From Spirochaetia bacterium (GTDB lineage Bacteria; Spirochaetota; Spirochaetia; SZUA-6; Bin103), in NCBI GenBank assembly GCA_965208065.1, contig OZ242313.1, positions 253,207 through 317,206 of the forward strand: a stretch of DNA of 64,000 nucleotides, in the 5' to 3' direction. This document shows, in pieces, positions 20,618-30,333 of this stretch. The first letter of the stretch is position 1; the number at the start of each line of letters is the position of its first letter. The notes beneath the pieces are model-generated. The model did not search any database and was not told the origin of the DNA. It saw only the letters and a list, made by a program, of their open reading frames with translations. The translations under genes were made by a program, and so were the position numbers.

Positions 20618-22347
20618 CCGGCTCGTTCTGCCGAAACGCCCTGCCTCTGGTGCTGCTGGCCGTGCTGGCAGGATGCGCATCGGATCCGCCGCCGCTCGTG
20701 GCCAGCGCGCCGGCGCCACCGTATACCGTGACCGCGTTGGCCGAGCCGGGGGCGTGCGACGGCGGTTTTGCGGCCATCGACCTGGACCACCGCATCGAGT
20801 GGCTCGGCGGACGCATCACCAACTTCGACACTATCGGCTCCGGCCTCGCCGTGGGCGACCTGGACAACGACGGCGACCTGGACCTGGTGCTGGCCAACCT
20901 GGCACGCCCAAGCACGATATTCTGGAACGAAGGACTCTGGAACGAAGGGCTCTGGAACGACGGCGGCATGCGGTTTCGCCCCGAACCGCTCGCCACCGGC
21001 GCCGCGCGGGCGGTCAACGCCATCGACTTCGACGGCGACGGCTGGCTCGATCTGGCCTTTACCCATCCGGGAGCGCCGCCGTCGCTGTGGCTCAGCGTGG
21101 CGGCGGCCGGCCCCGACGCCGCCGCCTACGACCGCTTCCACCGCGTGTCCCGGCTCGGCGCCGGCTACATCGCCAACGCCATGGGCTGGGGCGACCTGGA
21201 CGGCGACGGCGACCTGGACCTGGTGACCGGCAGCTACAACAGCGAGCTGCCCGACCTGGGCGGCGGCTTTGCCATCGGCGGCGGGGTGGCCTACTACGAG
21301 AACGACGGCGGCAGCCTGACCCTGACCCTGCTGGCGCCCACCGCCGAGGCGCTGGCCGTGCTGCTCACCGACCTGAACGGCGACCGGCTCGCCGACATAG
21401 TCATCGGCAACGACTACGACCATCCCGACCAGGTGTTCCTGCGCGCCCCGGATGCCGACGCCGGCTGGCTGGCCGCGGCGCCGTTCCGCGCCACCGCCAC
21501 CAACACCATGAGCTACGACGCCGGCGATATCGACAACGACGGCCGCGCGGAATTGTTCGTGGCGGACATGAAGCCGTACCAGCGCGACCCGGCGGTAACC
21601 TACGCCTGGGAGCGGATCACCATCCTGCCGCCGCCCGACGACGTGCAGGCCAACGAGAACGTGCTGCTGCTACCCGCGGCCGGCGGCGACGCAGGCGCGG
21701 GAGGCGTGACGTTCGCCAACGCCGCCCCGCAACGCGGCGTCGATGCCACCGGCTGGACCTGGTCGGCCAAGTTCGGCGACCTGGACAGCGACGGCTTTCT
21801 GGACCTGTACGCAGTGAACGGCATGATCGACTCGCTGGTGTTCGGCCACCTGCCGGACGACGAGCTGGTGGAGCAGAACCAGGCGCTGCGCAACCGCGGC
21901 GACGGCAGCTTTGCGCCGGCGCCGGAATGGCGGCTGGGCAGCGAACGCAGCGGGCGCGGCATGAGCATGGCCGACCTGGACGGCGACGGCGACCTGGACG
22001 TGGTGGTGAGCAACATGCGCGAACCGTCACAAGTGTTCGAGAACCGGATCTGCGGCGGCGCCAACCTGCTGGTCGACCTGCGCCAGCCCGGCACCGCCAA
22101 CACGCACGCCATCGGCGCGCAGGTACGGCTGGTCGGCGAGTTGGGCGGCGCGCCGCTGCACCTGACCCGCGAGGTGCGCTCGCAGAGCGGCTACTTCTCC
22201 GGCGACACCAGCCGCCTGCACTTCGGGGTGCCGCGCGGCGCAACGCTCACCCGGTTGGAGATACGCTGGCCGGACGGCACCCGCTCGCACATTCCGGCGC
22301 CGGCGGCGGGCACGCTGGTCGCGGCGACCCATCCCGCCGCCCGGTAG
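20614..22347 (+). CDS. CRTAC1/ASPIC-UnbV family FG-GAP repeat lipoprotein (copy 2)
   Basis: Same architecture, lipobox LAGC, GTG start overlaps the copy 1 stop. Confidence 0.88.
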   Translation: MTGSFCRNALPLVLLAVLAGCASDPPPLVASAPAPPYTVTALAEPGACDGGFAAIDLDHRIEWLGGRITNFDTIGSGLAVGDLDNDGDLDLVLANLARPSTIFWNEGLWNEGLWNDGGMRFRPEPLATGAARAVNAIDFDGDGWLDLAFTHPGAPPSLWLSVAAAGPDAAAYDRFHRVSRLGAGYIANAMGWGDLDGDGDLDLVTGSYNSELPDLGGGFAIGGGVAYYENDGGSLTLTLLAPTAEALAVLLTDLNGDRLADIVIGNDYDHPDQVFLRAPDADAGWLAAAPFRATATNTMSYDAGDIDNDGRAELFVADMKPYQRDPAVTYAWERITILPPPDDVQANENVLLLPAAGGDAGAGGVTFANAAPQRGVDATGWTWSAKFGDLDSDGFLDLYAVNGMIDSLVFGHLPDDELVEQNQALRNRGDGSFAPAPEWRLGSERSGRGMSMADLDGDGDLDVVVSNMREPSQVFENRICGGANLLVDLRQPGTANTHAIGAQVRLVGELGGAPLHLTREVRSQSGYFSGDTSRLHFGVPRGATLTRLEIRWPDGTRSHIPAPAAGTLVAATHPAAR

Positions 22348-22377
22348 CGAGCCGGGAGCGGCGCCGTCGACGCAGCG

Positions 22378-23580
22378 TCACTTGTCCCCGGTGTCGGGCT
22401 CCGATGCCAGTTCAGCCAGCACCGGTGCGGTGTGCTCGCCGAGTTCCGGCGCCGGCGGGCGCTGCCGCTCCATCGCCATGCCGGCGAACTTGAGCGGCGA
22501 ACCGGGCACCAGGAACCGCTCCAGCCCGGCCACCGGCACGAGCATGCCGCGGGCGGCAATCTGCGGATCGGCAAACAGATCGGCGACCGTGTTCACCGGC
22601 GCGGCCGGAACGCCGGCGGCCGCCAGCCGCTGCAGCCAGAAGGAGCCCGGCTGCGACCGCAGCGCCGACTCCAGCTCCCCCTTCAGCACCGCCACGTGTT
22701 CGTTGCGCGCCGCGTTGCTGGCAAACCGGCGGTCGGCGGGCAGGCGGTCCAGGCCGAGCACCGCGCACAGGGCGGCGAACAGGCGGTCGTTGCCGGCCGC
22801 GATCACGATCTCCTGGTCCGCCGTGGCGTAGGCTTCGAACGGGGTGATCGAGGGGTGGCGGGTGCCGAGCGGCCCCGGCACCGCGCCGGTGACCTGGAAG
22901 CGGGCCACCGCGTTTTCCAGCACCGAAACGGTCGCGTCGAACATGCCGAGGTCGAGCATGGCGCCGCGTCCGGAGTGCGCGCGCTGCGCCAGTGCCGCCA
23001 CGATGCCGAGCGCGGCGTACAGCCCGCTGACGATGTCGGCGATCGATGTCCCGACCCGCACCCGGCGCGGCTGCGCCAATGGCTCCGGCTCGGTGCCGGT
23101 TATCGACATCAGGCCGGACAGCGCCTGGATAATCATGTCGTAGGCAGGACGCTGCGCGTCCGGGCCGGTGGCGCCGAACCCGCTGATGGCGGCGTACACC
23201 AGCCGCTCGTTGAGCGTGACCAGGCGCTCCGGCGGAAACCCCAGCCTGGCCAGCGTGCCGGGACGGAAATTTTCCACCAGCACGTCGGCGCGGCGGATCA
23301 GCGCGGCCAGAGCGGCGCGGCCCGCGTCCCCCTTCAGGTCGAGCACCACCGACCGCTTGCCGCAGTTGAGGCTGGTGAAATAGGCGGATTCACCGCGCCC
23401 GCCGCCATCCCCGTCCGGCAGGAAGGGCCCGAACCCGCGCGCTTCGTCGCCCTGCGGGGGCTCCACCTTGATCACGTCGGCGCCGAGGTCGCGCAACACC
23501 ATGGTGCAGTACGGGCCGGCGAGCACCCGGGTCAGGTCGATCACGGTGATGCCGCTCAGTGGGGGCGACGCAGCAGCCAT
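22378..23580 (-). CDS. CoA transferase family III (CaiB/BaiF)
   Basis: DLTRVLAGP, GADVIKVE, VENFRPG, YDMIIQA. Confidence 0.92.
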   Translation of the reverse strand: MAAASPPLSGITVIDLTRVLAGPYCTMVLRDLGADVIKVEPPQGDEARGFGPFLPDGDGGGRGESAYFTSLNCGKRSVVLDLKGDAGRAALAALIRRADVLVENFRPGTLARLGFPPERLVTLNERLVYAAISGFGATGPDAQRPAYDMIIQALSGLMSITGTEPEPLAQPRRVRVGTSIADIVSGLYAALGIVAALAQRAHSGRGAMLDLGMFDATVSVLENAVARFQVTGAVPGPLGTRHPSITPFEAYATADQEIVIAAGNDRLFAALCAVLGLDRLPADRRFASNAARNEHVAVLKGELESALRSQPGSFWLQRLAAAGVPAAPVNTVADLFADPQIAARGMLVPVAGLERFLVPGSPLKFAGMAMERQRPPAPELGEHTAPVLAELASEPDTGDK

Positions 23581-23794
23581 TGCCGCCACCCTACCGCCAT
23601 TCGCCCGCCGCCGTCGACGGCAGTTCCGACTACCCCGCGCTCCGCGCCGCCGGTACAATGGCTCAGGTGAGCGAACGAGTGCGCATCACGCGCATCACCG
23701 GGGCCGTGGCGGAAATTCCTGTGCATGTTATGCTGACGGCCAGTATGCGATTACCCGCGCGCGGCGTTACCTTCACCGCAGGAAGCCCCACGTT

Positions 23795-24313
23795 ATGACC
23801 TTTGCACTCCTGGGTGGCCTCATCATAGCCATCTACGTTCTGTACCGCACCTTTCGCAAGAAACCGGAGCCGCCTCCCGCTCCGGCCGCAGACCCGAATG
23901 CGGATGCGGGCACGGCAACCGCGGGCGAGCCGGCGGCGGACGCTGCCGCCGCGCAGGCCGCAGAAATTGCCGGCGAGGACCCCGATTCCACCGTCACACC
24001 GTTCGTCACGGCCGAATCGGTGCCCGAGGAGCCGAACGTGAACAAGTCGGAGCTGGTCGAGATGATCGACTCGCTCATTGAGCAGTACGACGAAGAGATT
24101 CGCGAGATGACGCCGGCACAGGTCAAGAAGAAGAAGTCGTCGTGGGAACAGATCGAGAACCTGCAGCGGATCACCCAGATCGATTTCGCGGAAGAGGTGA
24201 TCGAACGATTCTGGGGCTACCCGAAGGGCTCCACCCCGGAGATCTCCAACGTCAAGAAATTGTCGCTCGGGCGCGGCGTTTGGTATACTACACGCCTGCC
24301 GGAGAACGAGTAG
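23795..24313 (+). CDS. Hypothetical membrane-anchored protein
   Basis: N-terminal TM helix, Pro/Ala linker, globular C-terminus; GC3-biased codon usage. Confidence 0.7.
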   Translation: MTFALLGGLIIAIYVLYRTFRKKPEPPPAPAADPNADAGTATAGEPAADAAAAQAAEIAGEDPDSTVTPFVTAESVPEEPNVNKSELVEMIDSLIEQYDEEIREMTPAQVKKKKSSWEQIENLQRITQIDFAEEVIERFWGYPKGSTPEISNVKKLSLGRGVWYTTRLPENE

Positions 24314-24378
24314 CGGTATTCCGCCCCGTCAGCGGGTAGTCCGGTCAGCAGACAACGACGGCCACAAGAGGCAGCAGC

Positions 24379-24630
24379 GTGCAGCAACAGATTCATCCCA
24401 AGTACAACTTCGTGGTGTTCAAGGACACCTCGTCCGACTTCGCGTTCCTGAGCCGGTCCACCCAGACGTCGCGAGACAAGATCACCTGGGAGGACGGCAA
24501 GGAGTACCCGTTGATCAACATCGAGATATCGAGCGCTTCGCATCCGTTCTATACCGGCAAGCAGACGCTGATCGACAGCGCCGGCCGCATCGAGAAGTTC
24601 CGCCGCCGCTACGGTCTGCGCAGTTCCTGA
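24379..24630 (+). CDS. rpmE2: 50S ribosomal protein L31 type B (zinc-independent)
   Basis: [34 protein letters not shown]; no CxxC. Confidence 0.95.
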   Translation: MQQQIHPKYNFVVFKDTSSDFAFLSRSTQTSRDKITWEDGKEYPLINIEISSASHPFYTGKQTLIDSAGRIEKFRRRYGLRSS

Positions 24631-24778
24631 CGCACCTGAGACCTCCCTTTCGCTCACCTGCAGCGGTTTCGCAGCCGAACATTGAGGTAACTCGATCGCG
24701 CTGGGGGGGCTCGTGCGCACTGTCACCGATCCGTTCAAGAATGCCAGTTCAACAGCCGTTATCGGCCTTGGCCGCACG

Positions 24779-24823
24779 GTGCCGGCCACCGACGTGCCGG
24801 CCACCGGCGTGCCGGCTACCCAT
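24779..24823 (+). repeat. Three imperfect 15-bp tandem repeats upstream of or within the murA 5' region
   Basis: gtgccggccaccgac/gtgccggccaccggc/gtgccggctacccat. Confidence 0.6.
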
Positions 24824-24838
24824 GGGCCGGGCGACCTG

Positions 24839-26218
24839 ATGCCTGACGCCATCGCGCCGGCGGCCGACCCGTCGACCACCGCCGAACGTGCCTACCGCGT
24901 CAGCGGCGGACAGCCGTTGTGCGGCGAGATTACCGTCGCCGGAGCCAAGAACGCGGCACCGAAGATGATAATCGCCGCGCTGCTCGCCCCGGAGCCGAGC
25001 GTGCTGGAGAACGTGCCGCGGATCGGCGAGGTCGAACTGACCCTGCGCATCTGCGACGCTCTCGGGGTGCGCTGGCGATGGCTCGACGAATCGAGCCTGG
25101 AGATCGATCCTTCCACCGTGACCGGCTGGCGGATCCCGGCGGACGTGAGTCCCGAACACCGCTCCTGCATGCTGTTCGTCGCGGCGTTGCTGCACCGCGC
25201 CGGGCGCGCGCAGATCGCCGCCATCGGCGGCGACGCCATCGGCGCCCGCCCAATCGACTTTCACCTGCAGGCGCTGCGCCAGCTCGGCGTCGACATCGAG
25301 CGCGACGGCGCTATTACCCGATTTCGCGGCGAGGTGCTGCGCGGGGCCGAGATCCGGCTCGCCTACCCAAGCGTCGGCGCCACCGAACAGGTTCTGGTCG
25401 CCGCTGCCGGGGCGATGGGACGCACGGTGCTGCGCAACGCCGCCATAGAACCGGAGATCGACAGCCTGGTCGGCCTGTTGCGCGCCATGGGGGCGCGCAT
25501 CGAACGCCCAAGCGGGCGCACCTGGGTGATCGACGGGGTGGCGTCCCTGCACGGCGCCCGCCATTGGGTGATCGGCGATCGCCTGGAAGCCGCCTCCTAC
25601 GCGGCGGCAGCGGTCGCCACCCACGGCGACCTGTTCGTGCGCGGCGCCGAACCCGAGCACCTGCAATCCTTTCTGGCCGTGTTGCGCAGCGCCGGAGGAA
25701 TCTGCGAAGAGGATACCGCGGGCATCCGGTTCCGCGCTTCCGACCGGCTCCTCCCGGCAACGCTGGAGACCGCGCCCCATCCCGGATTCATGACCGACTG
25801 GCAGCCGCCGCTGGTGGTCCTGCTCACGCAGGCGGACGGCGTGTCCATTGTGCACGAAACGGTGTACGAGCGGCGGCTCGGGTATGCCCGCGCCCTCGGT
25901 GAAATGGGCGCCTCGGTAGACCTGCGCACCGAGTGCCTGGGCAGCGCCGCGTGCCGGTTCCGCGGCCGCGGCTGCAACCACAGCGCGGTAATTTCGGGTC
26001 CCACGCCGCTGGTTGCGGGCGAACTGGAAGTGCCCGACCTGCGCGCCGGGTTCGCCTACCTGTTGGCCGCCCTGGTGGCCGACGGCGAGAGTACGCTCAC
26101 CCAGGTCGGCAACATCGAACGCGGCTACCAGGAGGTGCTCGTCAAGATCCGAACGCTCGGCGGGCAGATCGAGGAACGGGTACTGGAAGCGCCGGTCGCG
26201 CAGCAAGCCTCCGCATAG
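24839..26218 (+). CDS. murA: UDP-N-acetylglucosamine 1-carboxyvinyltransferase (Cys-to-Asp type)
   Basis: GAKNAA, GGDAIGARPIDFH, SVGATE, PGFMTDWQ, PDLRAG; start uncertain (24713-24839). Confidence 0.92.
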   Translation: MPDAIAPAADPSTTAERAYRVSGGQPLCGEITVAGAKNAAPKMIIAALLAPEPSVLENVPRIGEVELTLRICDALGVRWRWLDESSLEIDPSTVTGWRIPADVSPEHRSCMLFVAALLHRAGRAQIAAIGGDAIGARPIDFHLQALRQLGVDIERDGAITRFRGEVLRGAEIRLAYPSVGATEQVLVAAAGAMGRTVLRNAAIEPEIDSLVGLLRAMGARIERPSGRTWVIDGVASLHGARHWVIGDRLEAASYAAAAVATHGDLFVRGAEPEHLQSFLAVLRSAGGICEEDTAGIRFRASDRLLPATLETAPHPGFMTDWQPPLVVLLTQADGVSIVHETVYERRLGYARALGEMGASVDLRTECLGSAACRFRGRGCNHSAVISGPTPLVAGELEVPDLRAGFAYLLAALVADGESTLTQVGNIERGYQEVLVKIRTLGGQIEERVLEAPVAQQASA

Positions 26219-26257
26219 GGTCGGAGCACCCGGAGCACCGGAAAGCAACGACACGCT

Positions 26258-27082
26258 GTGGAGAAACGCCGCACCGCCACCTGGCGAGTAAGACTTCGCA
26301 GCGTCATCTTTCTGTCCGACTCACGCGTCGGGAAGATCTTCGACATCGCCGTCATCGCCACCATCATCGCAAGCGTCGTGGTGGTGATGCTGGAGAGTTC
26401 CCACGCGGTGGACTCGATGCTCGGTCCGATATTGCGCGTGGCCGAGTGGTGCTTCACCATCGCGTTTCTGATCGAATACATCCTGCGTCTGCTGACGGTG
26501 CGGCGGCCGCTGCACTACGCACGCAGCTTCTTCGGGATCGTCGACCTGCTGGCGGTGCTGCCGGCGTTCGTCGCCCTGCTGCTACCCGGCACCCACTACC
26601 TGGCCGTGTTGCGCCTGTTGCGCGTGCTGCGCGTGTTTCGGGTACTGAAGCTGGTTCCCTACATGAAGGAAGGGGTGCTGATCCTGGAAGCGCTGCGCGC
26701 GAGCCGTCGCAAGATCACCGTGTTCCTGTTCGCGGTGCTGATCGTGGCGGTGATTCTCGGTTCGCTGATATACGTAATCGAGGGAGAGGAGAACGGCTTC
26801 ACCAGCATCCCGCGCAGCATGTACTGGACCGTCGTGACCCTCACCACGGTCGGCTATGGCGACTTGACCCCGCAAACCGGGCTCGGCCAAATGCTGGCCA
26901 TGGCGATCATGGTTATGGGCTACGGCATCATCGCGGTCCCTACCGGCCTGGTTACCGCCGAGGTGGTGTCGCAGTCGTTTCGCCTACGCGACCAGCGCCG
27001 ATGCCACGAGTGTGGCCGGACGGGCCACCAGCCCGATTCGGGGTTCTGCCGCCACTGCGGAAACAATTTGGACAGGGTGTAA
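26258..27082 (+). CDS. Voltage-gated potassium channel / ion transporter
   Basis: S4 LRLLRVLRVFRVLK, filter TTVGYGD, C-terminal CxxC..CxxC. Confidence 0.92.
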   Translation: MEKRRTATWRVRLRSVIFLSDSRVGKIFDIAVIATIIASVVVVMLESSHAVDSMLGPILRVAEWCFTIAFLIEYILRLLTVRRPLHYARSFFGIVDLLAVLPAFVALLLPGTHYLAVLRLLRVLRVFRVLKLVPYMKEGVLILEALRASRRKITVFLFAVLIVAVILGSLIYVIEGEENGFTSIPRSMYWTVVTLTTVGYGDLTPQTGLGQMLAMAIMVMGYGIIAVPTGLVTAEVVSQSFRLRDQRRCHECGRTGHQPDSGFCRHCGNNLDRV

Positions 27083-27103
27083 ACCTTCTGGTGTCGCAAC
27101 CTG

Positions 27104-27132
27104 CTGACGCGCGACGCGCTATCCTGTATAGT
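27104..27132 (+). promoter_or_regulatory. Sigma70-like promoter for the histone gene
   Basis: CTGACG-17 bp-TATAGT; AGGAGG RBS at 27184-27189. Confidence 0.55.
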
Positions 27133-27197
27133 GCCGCCGGTGGTCGCGACATGCACGCGTACCGAAACACTACACTTTGGAACAGGAGGCCTGATTA

Positions 27198-27380
27198 ATG
27201 GCTGACATTTTGATCGTTACCTCCAAGGTCAAGAACTACATCAAGGAAAAGGGCGACATGAATACTGCCGCCTCGGTCGCCGAAGCACTGTCGGACAAAG
27301 TACGTGCAGTGTGCGACGAAGCGATGGAAAACGCACGGGTTGCCAAGCGCAAGACCGTGCGCGGCACCGACATCACCTGA
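27198..27380 (+). CDS. Bacterial histone (Bd0055-like histone-fold singlet)
   Basis: MADILIVTSKVKNYIKEKGDMNTAASVAEALSDKVRAVCDEAMENARVAKRKTVRGTDIT closely resembles B. bacteriovorus Bd0055 (recalled) and has the RKTV...D motif; strong RBS. Confidence 0.88.
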   Translation: MADILIVTSKVKNYIKEKGDMNTAASVAEALSDKVRAVCDEAMENARVAKRKTVRGTDIT

Positions 27381-27404
27381 ACACGCACACCGGAAGCAGA
27401 TCCT

Positions 27405-28790
27405 TCACGCTGCCGGGAAACGGTCCGCCTCCACGGCGGGCATAAGCTCTTCCCGGACCTCGGCCGCCACCGACAGAGAGCCGGTGGCGAGCACGAGTCC
27501 GTTCGTGCCTGCGTCGGCCATGAGTTGGCGCAGCGTACCTCCCACCGAAAGCGAACTTGCGCGAGCAGGAATACCGGCGGCCCGCAGGGCTGCGGTGAGT
27601 TCCGCGGCGGCCAGGGCGCGCGGGTGGCGTGACTGCACGGCGACCACGGACTCCGTGAGCGCGCGCAGGCGGCGGAACGTGGGTTCTGTCTGGTGGCCGC
27701 TTTGGCAACCTACCAGGGCGGTCACCTGCCGGCCGCGGTTGCCTATACGCAGTCGGCGCAGTTCGGCGAGCAGACAATCCATGGCGCGTGCGCAATGGGC
27801 TCCGTCGACCAGCACCGGCACCGGGTTGCGGCATACCAGTTCAAGCCGCCCGGGCCAGGCGACGCTGCCCAGCCCGCGGCAGATGGCGTCGGCGGTGAGC
27901 GGGGCACCCAGGTCGATCAGCCGCTCGGCCGCCGTGATGGCGACGGCGGCGTTCTCGCGCTGCATCAGGCCGCGCAACGGCAGGGCTGCCCGGTATTCAC
28001 CGTGCCGGCCACGCCACAGCAGCTCCTGATGGGAGTCCTCCAGCGCGGGGGCGCGGGGCGGAGCGGGCGGCCGGGCAACCGTCTCGATGCGTGAACCGGC
28101 GGCGGTTGCCTCGCGTGCCAGCACGGCATGCACGGCGGGCCGTTGCGGGCCCGTGACCACCGGGACGCCGGGCTTGATGATGCCCGCCTTGGCGTAGGCA
28201 ATGGCGCGCAGGGTGGTACCGAGGGCGGGAACGTGATCGCGACTGATATTGGTGATGACCGAGAGCGCCGGTTGTACGACATTGGTGGTGTCATGGCGTC
28301 CGCCCACGAACGCCTCCACCACCTGGTACGCGGCGCCCGCTTCGCGGAAGCAATGCAACGCCATGGCGGTGAGCATTTCCAGCGTAGTCACGGCGCCGCG
28401 CTCGCCGGGCAGCGCCGGGTCGCGCGCGACCGCCTGCGCGGCCTCCCACACGTGCGCGAACAGGCCGGCGAACTGGTCGCGGGTGACCGGCGCAAGCCCG
28501 AGGCGGATCCGTTCCACGACAGAATGCAGGTGCGGAGAGGTGAACAGGCCGACGCGCAGCCCCGCGGCGTGCAGAATGGCCGCGATCATGGCGGCGGTGG
28601 AGCCCTTGCCGTTGGTGCCGGCGACATGGATCGTGGGGACGGTCAGGTGAGGGTCGTGCAGCCGGCGCAGCAGCGCCCGCATGCGTTGCGCGCGGTAGTG
28701 GTGGCGCTCGCCGGGGGGCGCGGTACGGCGCAGGTCGGTAAGGCTCATCAGCCGTTCCACTGCCGCCTCGAACGTGCCCGTTTCCGCCAT
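27405..28790 (-). CDS. folC: Folylpolyglutamate synthase/dihydrofolate synthase
   Basis: HVAGTNGKGST, FTSPHL, D.TNVV, KAGIIK, WPGRLE, DGAH. Confidence 0.9.
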   Translation of the reverse strand: MAETGTFEAAVERLMSLTDLRRTAPPGERHHYRAQRMRALLRRLHDPHLTVPTIHVAGTNGKGSTAAMIAAILHAAGLRVGLFTSPHLHSVVERIRLGLAPVTRDQFAGLFAHVWEAAQAVARDPALPGERGAVTTLEMLTAMALHCFREAGAAYQVVEAFVGGRHDTTNVVQPALSVITNISRDHVPALGTTLRAIAYAKAGIIKPGVPVVTGPQRPAVHAVLAREATAAGSRIETVARPPAPPRAPALEDSHQELLWRGRHGEYRAALPLRGLMQRENAAVAITAAERLIDLGAPLTADAICRGLGSVAWPGRLELVCRNPVPVLVDGAHCARAMDCLLAELRRLRIGNRGRQVTALVGCQSGHQTEPTFRRLRALTESVVAVQSRHPRALAAAELTAALRAAGIPARASSLSVGGTLRQLMADAGTNGLVLATGSLSVAAEVREELMPAVEADRFPAA

Positions 28791-28852
28791 GGCAGGATCG
28801 TAGACGCGCGCCGAATCCGCTGTAAAGGCGGCGGTACGGCGGACGGCGGCGC

Positions 28853-29623
28853 GTGCTGATGCCGGTGGCCAAGGACCGGTCCTGGCTGCAGCGCACCAGC
28901 TACCCCGGGCGCGGGCTGGCGGTGGGCCGTACCGCGGACGGCGCTTCCGGCGTGCAACTCTACTGGACCATGGGGCGCAGCACCGGCAGCCGCAACCGGC
29001 GGCTGGTGCACGAACCGGACGGCAGCGTGCGGGTGGTGGTGGCCGACGCCGCGACCGGCGTGCAGCGCGGCGACCCGAGCCTGCTTCTGTACCGGGCGCT
29101 GTGTGCCGTTCGGCACGGCGACGGGCGCGTAACCCACGTGGTAGGCAACGGCGACCAGACCGATACCATCGCCGCCGGTGTGAGTGGCGGCGAGTCGTTC
29201 ATGGCCGCGTTCTCGCGCCGCGACGTGGAGCCGGATCCCCCGCACTACACGGCGCGCATCGCCGGTGCGCTGACCGTGGGCGGCGCTGTTGGCGGACCGG
29301 GCGAGCTGGCAATTGTGAAGACGACCGGGGGCGAGCCGCCGGGCAGCAGCCACCAGCACTTCTGCTACCACCGCATGCGGCCCGGCTGGGGATACTGCAT
29401 CACCACCTACGAAGGGGACGGCTCGCCGCTGCCGCCGTTCACCGGCGAGCCGTTCCCGCTGCCGGTGGCCGATGAGCCGCGCCGCGCCGTGACCGAGCTG
29501 TGGGAGCTGCTCGACCGCGACAACCGGGTGGCCGCGGCGGCCAAGTTCATCGGCCTGGACGGCGGCGCGGTGCGCATCGAGCTGATCAACCGCAACCCCG
29601 GCGGCGGGGAGACTGGCCCATGA
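28853..29623 (+). CDS. Stand-alone IMP cyclohydrolase-like protein (PurO-like)
   Basis: YPGRG, Y..MGRS..SRNR, NGDQTD, EPDPPHYTARI, TTY..DG.PLP.F.GEP. Confidence 0.8.
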   Translation: MLMPVAKDRSWLQRTSYPGRGLAVGRTADGASGVQLYWTMGRSTGSRNRRLVHEPDGSVRVVVADAATGVQRGDPSLLLYRALCAVRHGDGRVTHVVGNGDQTDTIAAGVSGGESFMAAFSRRDVEPDPPHYTARIAGALTVGGAVGGPGELAIVKTTGGEPPGSSHQHFCYHRMRPGWGYCITTYEGDGSPLPPFTGEPFPLPVADEPRRAVTELWELLDRDNRVAAAAKFIGLDGGAVRIELINRNPGGGETGP

Positions 29624-30333
29624 CCGGCACGCCGGCCCGCTGTCCCTGGTGCGCGGGCGATGCGCTGATGCAGGCGTATCATGACCACGAGTGGGGCACA
29701 CCGGTGTGGGACGACGACCGCCGCCAGTTCGAGTTCCTGATCCTGGAAGGGGCGCAGGCGGGCCTGAGCTGGCGCACCATCCTGCACAAGCGGGCCGGCT
29801 ACCGGCGCGCCTACCGCGACTTCGCGGCTGCCGGCGTGGCGCGCTTCGGCGCCGCCGAGCGGGATGCCCTGCTGCGCAACCCGGAGATCGTCCGCAACCG
29901 GCTCAAGATCGATGCGTCGATTGCCAATGCGCGCGCCTTCCTGGCCGTGCAGGAGCAGTTCGGCAGCTTTTGCGCCTACCTGTGGCGCTTCGTCGATGGG
30001 GTGCCGGTGGTGGGCGGCTGGCGCGGCGACGGCGAGGTTCCGGCGCAGACCGGGTTGTCGCGAACGGTAAGCCGGGATCTCAAGGCGCGCGGGTTTCGCT
30101 TCGTCGGCCCGATAATCGTATACTCGCACCTGCAAGCGGTGGGCCTGGTGAACGACCATCTGCGCGACTGCTTCCGCTTTGCCCAACTTACCGCAGCCGC
30201 CGGGCACCGCCCGGTACCGCTCTCCAGCGCACCGGCCGGCACCTCCCCATCGACCGTCAGTCCCCGTGCCGACCCGCGCGCCGACGCGCCCGGCTTCGGT
30301 GCGCAAATCTCAACCAACAAGAGGAATACATGA
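29620..30333 (+). CDS. tag: DNA-3-methyladenine glycosylase I
   Basis: RC.W, YHDHEWG, LEGAQAGLSW, IVRNRLKI, GLVNDH. Confidence 0.92.
   Translation: MTGTPARCPWCAGDALMQAYHDHEWGTPVWDDDRRQFEFLILEGAQAGLSWRTILHKRAGYRRAYRDFAAAGVARFGAAERDALLRNPEIVRNRLKIDASIANARAFLAVQEQFGSFCAYLWRFVDGVPVVGGWRGDGEVPAQTGLSRTVSRDLKARGFRFVGPIIVYSHLQAVGLVNDHLRDCFRFAQLTAAAGHRPVPLSSAPAGTSPSTVSPRADPRADAPGFGAQISTNKRNT

Noticed and set aside
18868-22347. Single 1159-aa ORF
   Set aside because: Its N-terminal half is an off-frame shadow of copy 1; the real gene starts at GTG 20614 with a lipoprotein signal.
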